NCBI GenBank assembly: GCA_023920165.1
Contig: CP089281.1
Span: 868,001 to 932,000 of the forward strand
Direction: 5' to 3'
Origin: Curvularia clavata
Lineage: Eukaryota
Length of the DNA: 64,000 nucleotides
Below are positions 1 through 10,188 of this stretch, one piece after another (positions within the stretch are counted from its first letter, which is position 1; each line of letters opens with the position of its first letter). The notes below the pieces were generated by a model. It had not been told where the DNA came from and ran no database searches. It saw nothing but the letters and a program-made list of their open reading frames with translations. The position numbers and the translations under genes were made by a program.

Positions 1-551
1 ACGGCGTAATTGGTTTCTCACAGGGCGCCGCGGCAGCAGCTATCGTTGCGTCGCTGCTCGAACCCAACCGCCGCGCTGCATTTGACGCACAGCATGCTGC
101 GGGCAAGGGCATAGCGTTCCCCGCCAGCTTCGAAGGCGGTATCCATCCACCGTTCAAGTTCGCGGTTTCGTATAGCGGGTTCGCGGCGATACCGCCGACG
201 GCGGCAGGAGCGGCGGCAGGCGAGTCGCCATATGGCGCCTTTTACGACCCGAAGATTGCGACGCCGATGCTGCATTTCATAGGCATGCAGGATGTTGTGA
301 TTGAGGAGGCGCGTAGTCTGGCGCTGGTGGAGAGGTGCGAGCGTAGGGAAGAGCGATACGTCGTATATCATCCTGGAGGCCACTTTTTGCCCAGTACGCA
401 GAAGGCGAGTGTGAATGCGCTGATTGGGTTTATCAGAGAGATCATTTGGGAACAAGAGGGCGGAAAGGAAAAAGAGGAAGACAGTCTGGATGATATGATG
501 GGCCATTTTGACAACCCGAGTACAACTCAGGAGGCTAAGCAGCACCTTTGA
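1..551 (+). CDS. FSH1/OVCA2-family serine hydrolase (5'-truncated by window edge)
   Basis: Frame from nt 3 reads GVIGFSQGAAAAAIVASLLE (GxSxG nucleophile elbow). It continues in frame into LHFIGMQDVVI and HPGGHFLP (catalytic Asp and His motifs), ending at TGA 549-551. Confidence 0.85.
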   Translation, partial: GVIGFSQGAAAAAIVASLLEPNRRAAFDAQHAAGKGIAFPASFEGGIHPPFKFAVSYSGFAAIPPTAAGAAAGESPYGAFYDPKIATPMLHFIGMQDVVIEEARSLALVERCERREERYVVYHPGGHFLPSTQKASVNALIGFIREIIWEQEGGKEKEEDSLDDMMGHFDNPSTTQEAKQHL

Positions 552-1228
552 AAGAGGTGGGTGACGGGAGTTCAACAGGAGGTGCCGCCTGGTGTAGATA
601 TCATTTGCAGATCATGCATATAGATAAGAGGAAGATGGGCTGTCTAGATTTCGTATATCGGTTAGACGCAGTACTCATAGATCACAACGATACACTATAG
701 AGCACGAGAACAGTAATGAAGAGTTCAAATGATCATTCTCTTATGCCGACATGACTAGAGTAGTTAAACAAGTAAAAACAGAGACAATTTCTAACCTCCA
801 TGGGAGTGAATGTGTGGAGAACGCCGTTATACCGGTCCCAATGCAATATCCCTTTCCGTATCCAGTACGCATACTGTTGATACACCCCAAACGCCCAAAA
901 AGAAACCGCATATCTCGAGTAGGTACCAAAGCATGCACATATACTACTGCTGCCTCTTTCTTTCTTTCTTTAACCGGCTGACCGAAAAGGCTTCCACGGG
1001 CGCCAGCTCTTGCGAGGAGGCTGCAACTCAGACTGGAAACCCTCAGCCGCCATGATAAAGCAGAGAAATACGCAGAAAGCAAAAGCACAACTCTGACATC
1101 CATTCGAGACGCTGCGGAACAAAACAAAAACATCTTTATCAAAATACAACGCCTCCCAATGCGTCCGTGAATGTTTGAAAACACCGCAGGTGACATAGCT
1201 TCGTACCATCAGCACCAAATATCGATAA

Positions 1229-4200
1229 CTAGAACAGACGCAGCTTCCTAGGCGGGCCCAGAGAGCTGTTGAAGAGAGAAGATGTTGGACGCTTCTTGAC
1301 CGTAGAGAAAGCCTGAGGAGCAGGCTTTACCGCAGAAAAGCTGAGTTTCGAGGGGGTGGTCAGGTGGAAGAGTGGTCTGGACGGAGTCTTGATGGCTGAC
1401 TGGCCGAACAAGAAAGTCGACTTCTTGTTAGGAACGGTACGAGGAGCAAGAGGACTCTTGTCGAAGAATGCGCCAACCTCGCAGTTCTCTTTGTCGGCGT
1501 CGAAGGAACGGTCAAACTCAGAGCTGGTAGGAGTGCTGGGTGTCTTGCATTGGGAAGACGGAGGAAGAGCGTACTTGGAAGGCGTCTTGGCAGGTGTAAA
1601 CGGCTTCATGGTGGCAGTAGGGAGAGGGGATGCAGGCCTAGCGACGGAGAGATCAACCAAATAGGAATCTTCATCCATACGCTTCTTGTTCGCCTCGCTG
1701 TCCAAGACCCAACCTACATTGACACACTTGATAGCTCCCTTACTAGCAAAACACTTCTCCAATGTGGACATGCTTCCATCCTTGAACAAGACGTGTGTCA
1801 CGGAAGAATGCGAGATGTCAGTGACGACCTTAGCGCCAAGATCCTCTAGCAGACCGCGGAACAAGAAGTTCTGCTCCTTTCCATTGCGTGTAACATCGAC
1901 ATAAAAGACCATGCCTTGAAGGATGCCGTCGTAAAAATTCAATTCGCTCTCGTCAGCTTGGATATCGGTCCAGGCGACAGACTTCTTCGGGGTCTTTGCA
2001 TCTGTGACCTTCAGTGGTGACCTGAGAGCGGACTTCGTAGGCGATGCTGGCTGAGGAGCTGCGAATGTAGGAGCAAGCTGCAAGGGCTTGATTGGCATGC
2101 TTGCCTTCAAGTCACCAAAAGACGCAGCCTTAGGAGTGCTGACCACATGAACCTCGCTGAACTCGCTAGCTTCAGTGATCTCGCTCATGTCGGCAATCTC
2201 GCTAGGCTCATCCAGCCCGAAAGAAACAGTCCGGTTGACGCTAGGATAGCGTACAGGCGAAGGCGTCTGCTTCTTGACGGATGCGGTGATCTCTTCCTGA
2301 ATGGCAGCCTCGAGCGCAAGGCTTGGTGTGGTTGGGTAATCAGGTAGTTCAGCAAATGCCCGTCGTGGAGTAATTGGTGCTCGAATATGAGCTGGTGTCT
2401 TTGGGTAATCGGGAAGCTCCGCCATCGCCGCCTTTGATGTAACTGGAGCGGTGATATGAGATGGTGTAGTCGGATACTCAGCGGGAAGTTCTTCGAAGGC
2501 TTCCTGATCAGTGACACCCCAGACGATCTGTGTAGGAGGCGTGCCAGGGACAACAACAGAAGTCTCTTGAAGAGGAGTTGTAGCATGATAGGGCGTCTGG
2601 GCTTGGACAGGAACCGGTGACTTGGCTGCTGGCGTGGCGGCGGTCTCAACAGAATCGATGATGTCTTCGACCTCTTCTTGGTCGACAGCAACAGGGGTTG
2701 CAGTTTCTTGAAGTTCTTCTTGTGCGCTGGTTGTAATGAGAGACTCAGGTTCGTCATTGTGCGAAACCTCGTCGTCCTGATGTGATGAGGATTCCTCTAC
2801 GTCTGACATCTCAATGTCGCCGTCATGGTCAACAACTTGCGTATCCTTCTGCTCCTTGGGAGATGCAACAGGTGCAACAATGCGAGCTGGCGTTGTGGGG
2901 TAGTTGGGCATCTCAGCCATTGCGTCTGTGTTAGAAATCGGGGCCTTGATGTGAGCTGGTGTCTTGGGATAGCCTGGCATCTGAGTCAAAGCATCCTTGT
3001 TGCTGATGGGTGCGCTGATGTGTGCGGGTGTCTTTGGGTATTCTGGCATCTCCGCCAGGGCTTCCACGGAGCTGATCGGTGCTTTGATATGTGCAGGCGT
3101 TTTAGGGTAACTAGGCATCTCCGCCAGCGCAGCTTCATTGCTTATCGGAGCTTTGATATGAGCAGGTGTCTTGGGGTAGCCAGGCATTTGCGCCAGAGCA
3201 TCCTTGGAGCTTATGGGTGCAACGATGTGCGCTGGTGTGTTCGGATATTCAGCAAGCTCCGCGAGAGCAGCCTTGTTAGAAAGAGGCGCGACGATGTGGG
3301 ATGGAGTGTTAGGGTAGTTGGGAAGCTCAGCCAAGGCCTTTCTCGAGTTGATTGGTGCTGTAATGTGTGCGGGTGTAGAAGGGTATTCAGGATACTCCGC
3401 CATAGGCTCTTCAACGGGCTCCGGCTCTACCACTGGCTCGACCGTCTTATCACAGAGATCCTTGCCTGGTGTCTTGACTGTCTCTTCTGCTGCTTGTTCG
3501 ATTTGCTGAGGTTCGACCTTCGCAACCGCTTTGGAAGCAACCTTCTTGATAGGCTTACGGGGTAGAGTTTTGATAACTGGCTCTTGTGTGACTGTGGGTG
3601 CATCGCGGCCACGCGTGGCTCTCGACGCTGCAGCTGGAGCTTTCGGTACCGGAGGCTTGCGTGCGCGTGTCGCCGGCTTAGCTGTCTCGACTGCGACGTT
3701 CTCCTTGACGACTGCGGCATCAGTCTTTTTGGTGACTGGTGCCTTTTTGACGATGGCTTTGCGCGGCCGTGATGTTGGCTTGGGATCCTCTTCGATGGAA
3801 AGCTCGTCGATGAAAGATTCTTCAGGAGCAGCTGGCTCTTCCACCTTTGGCGCAGACGCCTTCTTCACTGGGGCGATCTTGCGCGCCCGAGTAGTTGCTG
3901 GCTTAGGCGCCTCCTCAGCTGGTTCAACCTCATCAGCTTTGCGACCGCGCGTCGCTCTCTTTGGTGCAGCAGGAGTTGGCTCTGCTTTTGTCTGAATCTT
4001 TGTTGTTCGGGTTGTCTTTGTCGCGGCAGTCTTCTTGGCCGCTGGGAGCTCAGCGTCTTCGGGCTCATCCTTGGCTTTTCGTTTTGTAGCAGTCGTCTTT
4101 GTGATCTTTGCAGGAGCAGACTCTGTAGCTGGTTCGTCGACAGCCTTGGTCCTGGCACCGCGTTTGGGAGCGGCCTTGAGGGTGTTGGAGGGTGCGGATG

Positions 4201-4243
4201 AGGCCGCTGGTGCCTCTTTCGCACCGCGACGTGTAGCGACCAT
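1229..4243 (-). CDS. 1004-aa protein with basic low-complexity N-terminus, 23-aa tandem repeats and a C-terminal BRCT domain
   Basis: Single long ORF. ILQGMVFYVDV...LLEDLGAKVV...VTHVLFKDGS...KCVNVGWVLDSEANKKRMDEDSYLV fits a BRCT fold resembling microcephalin BRCT1. Many S/T-P sites. Confidence 0.85.
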   Translation of the reverse strand: MVATRRGAKEAPAASSAPSNTLKAAPKRGARTKAVDEPATESAPAKITKTTATKRKAKDEPEDAELPAAKKTAATKTTRTTKIQTKAEPTPAAPKRATRGRKADEVEPAEEAPKPATTRARKIAPVKKASAPKVEEPAAPEESFIDELSIEEDPKPTSRPRKAIVKKAPVTKKTDAAVVKENVAVETAKPATRARKPPVPKAPAAASRATRGRDAPTVTQEPVIKTLPRKPIKKVASKAVAKVEPQQIEQAAEETVKTPGKDLCDKTVEPVVEPEPVEEPMAEYPEYPSTPAHITAPINSRKALAELPNYPNTPSHIVAPLSNKAALAELAEYPNTPAHIVAPISSKDALAQMPGYPKTPAHIKAPISNEAALAEMPSYPKTPAHIKAPISSVEALAEMPEYPKTPAHISAPISNKDALTQMPGYPKTPAHIKAPISNTDAMAEMPNYPTTPARIVAPVASPKEQKDTQVVDHDGDIEMSDVEESSSHQDDEVSHNDEPESLITTSAQEELQETATPVAVDQEEVEDIIDSVETAATPAAKSPVPVQAQTPYHATTPLQETSVVVPGTPPTQIVWGVTDQEAFEELPAEYPTTPSHITAPVTSKAAMAELPDYPKTPAHIRAPITPRRAFAELPDYPTTPSLALEAAIQEEITASVKKQTPSPVRYPSVNRTVSFGLDEPSEIADMSEITEASEFSEVHVVSTPKAASFGDLKASMPIKPLQLAPTFAAPQPASPTKSALRSPLKVTDAKTPKKSVAWTDIQADESELNFYDGILQGMVFYVDVTRNGKEQNFLFRGLLEDLGAKVVTDISHSSVTHVLFKDGSMSTLEKCFASKGAIKCVNVGWVLDSEANKKRMDEDSYLVDLSVARPASPLPTATMKPFTPAKTPSKYALPPSSQCKTPSTPTSSEFDRSFDADKENCEVGAFFDKSPLAPRTVPNKKSTFLFGQSAIKTPSRPLFHLTTPSKLSFSAVKPAPQAFSTVKKRPTSSLFNSSLGPPRKLRLF
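2870..3403 (-). repeat. Coding tandem repeat, 69-bp/23-aa unit, about 8 copies (3 more degenerate copies at about 2325-2500)
   Basis: Consensus (L/M)AE(M/L)PxYPxTPAHIxAPISxxxA repeats in the 1004-aa ORF. Confidence 0.9.
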
Positions 4244-4546
4244 GATGGATATCTATGTTCGCTATCTTTCGATGTGCGTGTAGTTGCCGGGTTGTGGTTG
4301 TGGAAGAGATAAGTTGAGGATGTGTGGGCGTGCTTGCCGTGTTGTGTTGTCAAAGCGCAAACCACCACTAGCCATTTTCGGACGGGCGTTGTCCCGGCAA
4401 CACCATTGCCGTCGCGTGCCGGAACCAAAGACGGGCAGATCCACAAGGCCACCGTTATCATGCACATCGTCTGAGGAGTTTAGCGCTGTTTTGGGTCCAA
4501 CCCATCACCACTAGCAGCCTCATTTCTTGGTAACAATGTCGATTAT

Positions 4547-7500
4547 TCACTCTACGCGTATGACTTCCATTCCAACACCACATATTAGAATCTTTGCACA
4601 CGCTGTACCCTCATCTACGTCCAAAACAGCCATACTCGACACATCCGCAACGCTTGTCTTGATCTTGTTTAGCCTTCGGATCTTCAAGGGGTCTTCCCCG
4701 CCTTTCTGATCTAGATCTCCTAAAGTGATCCCCCATTGTCTAATCCACTCGTCATTCCCGGATGTGAGGAGCGTAAATTGAGATCCTTGTTGGTACATCG
4801 CGCATGCAGTGACAGCTGAAGCGTGTACACGGCTTACGAGTATTGGGGGGCAGACGTATGATGTAGCAGCCGAAGGGGTGGAGCGTGCGAGCAAGAATGC
4901 CAGACTGCCATCGTCGCCGCCAGATACAATAAGCGTAGTTTCTTTGTTCAGGGCATGTGAGACCATGACCTTCGAAGCGTTTTGATGTATCTTCGCTGGG
5001 TGCTGCCAGGTCAATTTGGAGACTTCATTAGAAGGTTCGGTGGAGGATCCCGCTTCCTTTCCAGGGAGGGACCATGTGACAGCGTGACCATCCGTACCAG
5101 CTGTCAGAACTTGAGCTGCAGATAAGTGTACGCATTGGGTGAGGCATGATGTGAAATAAATGCCCCTAGCAAGAGCTGTCCACTTTGTAGCAGCTATTGG
5201 ATCGTAACGATAAGCCTGGCATGTATTAGTACAGCTACCATAGTGTACGTTAATAGACAGGAGAAACTTATACCTTGATGCTAGAATCGGAGAAAACCAT
5301 GGTGAGGAGATGCACAGCGCCTACAGTGGTCACGTCAAAAGACATAATTCTTAAATCTGCATGTTCGCTTTCTGGTGCGTATACGCTCTCACAAACGACT
5401 CCAATGTCAAGCGGCGACGATGGCAAATTCCGAATCCGCCATATATAAACTATCGAAATCGTCAGTAAAGCATACTACGGTCCGCTTGGGTTGGAAAAGG
5501 GGACTTTGAACATACATTCTTCGCATCCGCCGCTACTGAAGAGATAATCGCCATTATCTGACCATTGGAGGTGTTGAATACCGGTTGTGTGTTTTCGCAG
5601 CGTCCTTTGGCAAACCAAATCCCCGTTAATGTATTGAAACAGTTTGATATCGGTGTCCTCTGCGCCTGTAGCGATCAGATGATGAGGGGATTTAGCATTC
5701 CCCTTTGATGATACTGAAACAGCTTTGATCTCGCGTCCGTGGCCACCGGACCTGACAACTTGATGGTTCATGCCATGCTGGCTGTAGACATGCATACTAG
5801 AGGCTCGATTCCATACAAGTGTACCTCCCAGCGATGAGTGTGGACGAAATGTCCAGCTTCTATGCGCGCCTCCTGTATCGATGCTCATCACCTCCTCTTC
5901 CGTCGTGACATCATAGAGATACCATTTCTTACTGGAGAAGCCATGGACAAGCAAGCGATCCTGTTGCAAGTAGAGGCCTTCTATGTTGGGCCCGAACGAC
6001 AGCGCGAGATCGTGAATCAATCTGACTGAGCCTGCAGATAGATCTATGTCATGCACAGTGAGATGCCCATCTCGTCCAGTCGTGTACAAATGAGCTTGTG
6101 ATGAATCTCCAAGCGCATTGGTCCATTTGAGAGAGGTGACTGCCTCACTCCCATGTACCTTTTCAATAACCTTGAGCAGTTTGGCTTGGCTTTCACTCTC
6201 CTCGATGGTGTATAAAGCAACAGATCCACGTCGAAATCCAATTGCCATGAACTTCTTTCCGGAGGCCTCTAGATGAGCCATGCTGGTAACGACGGAGCCT
6301 GTCAAAGGCGCTGAGATGGGTATCTCTACTTGTTTCGATATTTCCGTATCATTCAAAGGGTCCACGTATAACAATTCAGCTTTACCTTGCCCGACAAGCG
6401 TCACAAGTAAAGCCGTTGCACACTGGGAGGAAGGCTTTGACACATCTGCGGCGAATATATCCCCAACCTTGCTTGCCATTGCGTGCAATTTTGCTAATGT
6501 CGCATCACTTCTGCGGTAAACATAAATGCTGCCGTTGGCGCCTGCAATAAATGCAATACCAGGATGAGAGCTGCTTGCACATACAGAGTAGCCAGCGAGA
6601 TCTTCCGGCTGTCCAAGTAGGGTAGCGTTTGAGAGAAGGCTCTTCCTGTGTTCATCCAAACTTGAGGACAACGATGCAACCAATACTTTGCCAGAGTTGG
6701 TTGTAAGTAGGAAGGTGGTTTCATCGACAAAGCAGTAGCTTCTGAAGAATTCGGCTTTCTTTGAAGATTTCTGCGTGGCAACCGACGCAGCGCTAGGCTT
6801 TTCGGAAATAGATGGCTGAGCCCAGCTGAGTATATCAGTTACGGTATATTCTGCTTGACTACCAAAGACACTTTCTTTGGTCTGTAAAATCCAAGGAAGC
6901 GGCGTGGATGTGATCTTGCTGTCGGCCCCTCCAGTCGTTACTCGTTGGATTCCTGTAGAATCATGTGAAGTGACTGAAGACCACACATTCTTGCCGCTGT
7001 GATGTCCAGCGCAACCCAGCTCTTGCAATTTGTACGGAAGATTTTGATTGTTTCCGGAATTCTGTGTAAGCTCCCAAGTCCTCGCAGTAGCATCCTCCCC
7101 GGCAGATTGAAGTAAAAGTGACCCATTACATGGCGAAGCCTCAAGGAACCGTACGGACCAAACACGTGAAAGATGGCCCCAACCGATTGCTAGGCAATCA
7201 GAGCTACTGAATTCATGAGTGTCGAAAGCTTCGTTGCTGAAGCCTGTGTGACGCGTTCGCGATATTTCAACGTCATCACCTTGAACTGTCAAGCCGGTAG
7301 CATTCGTGTCTACGTCTGAAACATCCCATATGCGGATGGTTCGGTCATCGCTGCAACTTGCTACTACTCGCTTCAGTTTCTGGCAGCACCCGCTCGGAAG
7401 CTCCTCCGAAATCTGGACTCCGAAGATGGATCCTTCATGGCCAAGAAATACGCGATGGACACAAGAGGTTGGGCCGTTAACACTCTCGTCGCACCATGAC

Positions 7501-8222
7501 CAATAGATTATTTCGCCAAACGCAGTGCCAGCAGCGATGAGAACTCGGTTCAAATCCTCCCAGAACAGATGGGCCGAATAGAGAATGGATCGGGAACTTG
7601 AGGTCAGTTCCGAAATGTTTACTGAGATTGACCTGAGAAGACATGTCAGTGAACCTGTATGACTTGAGCAGGGAGTTATTGGGTATGCGCACTCCTTTTC
7701 CAAACTGGTCCCTATTTCGTGTTGGCAAGTCACTTGCAGCAAGGCATTATGCGCGGTAACAGCAACAGACATTCCTCTGTGATACTGCATATCATCACCC
7801 AAGCTTTTCGGTCTAGGAGCAAGATCAAAAATCCAATCCGGGGCTTTAGCAACATTGGATGTACAAAACTTCAAGCTTTCTCCGCCATCCGCCATAAGGT
7901 TGATCGCAAAGGCACGAACTAGTCGGCCTCCCCAGACGACGAGCTTAACAACATGGGCATGCTCTTGAGAACAGATACGTATTCCATGTACTGCCTGCGC
8001 CTTGAATACACGCTGCGATGTGATATATCGTGAGTCCTTTGCACGATAGAAGCGTAGAAATGGGCCCTCTGCGGCAATGAGCAGAGAGCCACAAGAGGCG
8101 AGTGCTGTCACGGGTACTCGAGTGCATTCATGCTAGGACAATCAGTGGCAATTCATGTTTGCTGAATGCACGCTCACATGTAGAGTTGGCGACAAAGTGT
8201 CGCCCGTGAGGTCTGCGTGCAT
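4547..8222 (-). CDS. WD40-repeat protein of the WDR6/Trm734 (Rtt10) family; multi-exon
   Basis: Motifs AAGTAFGEI, FLGHEGSIFGV, VASCSDDRTIRIWD, GWGHLSRVW, TGGAHRSW, GGHGREIKAV, ATGAEDTDIK, SGGDDGS. Exon 1 (ATG 8222, MHADLTGDTLSPTLH) splices to HECTRVPVTAL. Further introns near 7635-7690, 5450-5515 and 5215-5270. Confidence 0.85.
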
Positions 8223-8408
8223 GGTGTGTGGAAATTTGGGGTTGAGTCAGCCCCGCGCCTGCTGCGAATGCAGGCGGGGCAATGACGAAGCCGTCGCTGC
8301 GATTTTTTGTCGGCCATGCTATGCGCCTGAGTGGAAACCCAACCACACCACAACCCAGTCTTGTCACTTTGAACTACTAGCATAAGAAATCTTATATATA
8401 ACGCCAAA

Positions 8409-9027
8409 ATGTCTCTAGCAGGTCCAGCAGGCACAACCATTAACCCGGAGGAGACTGAGAACTTCGAGGAGGTACGTGGGGTGTTCAAGCACGGCGGCTG
8501 GCGCAAGCCGACTAACAGTGCCATAGATTGAGAAGCAGTTCGCCGTCAAAGGTACAGACGATTGTGCGCATTTAATGCGACTATATCTAACCCGAATGCG
8601 CAGTTGTGCAACACATGGAGACATACTGGAAGATTCTCGAGAAGGTCCCCGGCTCTAAACTGCGACTCACCAAGATCGACGATGAGATCTACGAACATCT
8701 CAAGAAGGACTTTCCCGAATTCGATGCCGCAGCCACATTGAACGAGGACGAAATGAAGAGCAAGGAAGGCAAGGAGCGATGGCGCAAGTTCATCAGCGAG
8801 TACGAGAACAAGGTGGAGGACTACAACTTTGGCACTATGCTCCGCGCGAGCCCCAAGAGCGAGTACAGCCAAGAGGGCACCATATTCGCTGTTCGCATGC
8901 AATTCTACGCCATTGAAATTGCACGGTCCGTTTGCACATTCCCCCAAGAACCCTTCCCAATACTAATTTGAACAGCAACCGTGAGGGATTGAATGATTGG
9001 ATCTACGAGAAGGCACAGGGCAAATAA
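8409..9027 (+). CDS. PBDC1/Ypl225w-family protein; 4 exons
   Basis: Exons about 8409-8471, 8527-8551, 8604-8925, 8976-9027 give ENFEEIEKQFAVKVVQHMETYWKILEKVPGSKLRLTKIDDEIY...KERWRKF...DYNFGTMLR...RMQFYAIEIARNREGLNDWIY, typical of this family. Confidence 0.9.
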
Positions 9028-10188
9028 GTGGCGAATATCGGCCTGCAAAATCTGCAATGCCCAATCTGGTCTGCAGGGAATATCGACACGGCCCTACACG
9101 ATCGAGATGCGTCGCGCAACTGGTATAATCTTTGGTTCATTCCATTTGAAAGTTTGTTCTTTCTTTGGCTCCACCAGTTCGTGAACAAGCCGCCGCACAA
9201 GCCAGCAAGCCGCCACCGGAGTTTGGCAGATCGTGCTGAGATTGACAATGCACAGAGCCCATCACACGCGTAGGCTATTGACTCTAGTAACTCACTCCGC
9301 AAGGACGTACCGTTGGGTCCATTGTACCCGATTGTTCAGATTAGTATACTTTTGTTAATGACGAACCTGCGTGCTCGGAAACAAACTTAGTCGTTCCCAT
9401 ACTGTTGATGACATGGATGCTAGTCTCATAATTGGACTTAAGCACAATACTAAGGAGAAGCAATGTCCTCTTTGAAAACCATTACTCCAACACACCCGCA
9501 TACCCAATCACCAAAATGACGCTAACTCAGATTCGGTAATCCCATGGGTCCGGAGGAGCGCTTTGTATATGGGTCCAAATACCGAGCATTCCTCATGGAC
9601 TTCAGCTTGTTTGCTAAAGACCCGACATGTTTGCCACCTTTGTTCTGAAATAGAAGAGTTGGGCTTTGAGTATTCGCCTAAGAAAACAAGTATGCTAGCC
9701 GCAGTATAGGAAACTCTCTTCCTGAAGTCATGCAAGGTCACGGTCGTTTACCAGCTACCACGCATCATATTTGGGAGATAGTTGATGACAACAAATCATT
9801 TTGGATAACACCCTTGTGAGAAGCTTTGTCGGGAATAAATCGTCACGGATATAACTAGCAGCTTGCAGCTTTCCAAAGTGGGATATCGGTCTAACCTTTT
9901 ATAACGGGCTGCTTTGTTAGCCTAGAGTACGGATTACTATTTTTGCCACCGTAAACTACGTTACCGTAGGGGTATAGACAATATGATGCCCAAAATGGAG
10001 TAGTTTGCGCAAGCCACAATACCAAAGGAGCATTGTCGCAGTCGTCTATGCAGGTCCCGAAAGAAATGTTGTGGACTTTACATTCACTCTGGATTGCGGC
10101 GGCAACGTTATGTGACCCGACGCGTTGACTCGCCGGTAACCTCCACCCCCAACCTTTTGTCTACAGTGGCAGCATTCGAACAGCCAAT

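Noticed and set aside
2870..3403. Regularly spaced repeats as a possible CRISPR array
   Set aside because: Eukaryotic, in-frame coding repeat with synonymous variation and no unique spacers.
2825..3565. 246-aa plus-strand ORF with periodic motifs
   Set aside because: Antisense shadow of the 69-bp coding repeat.
9028..10188. Search for a short CaaX pheromone precursor ORF beside the Ste6-like gene
   Set aside because: I saw no short ORF ending in a CaaX motif plus stop by eye here or at 14395-15170; the scan was not exhaustive.
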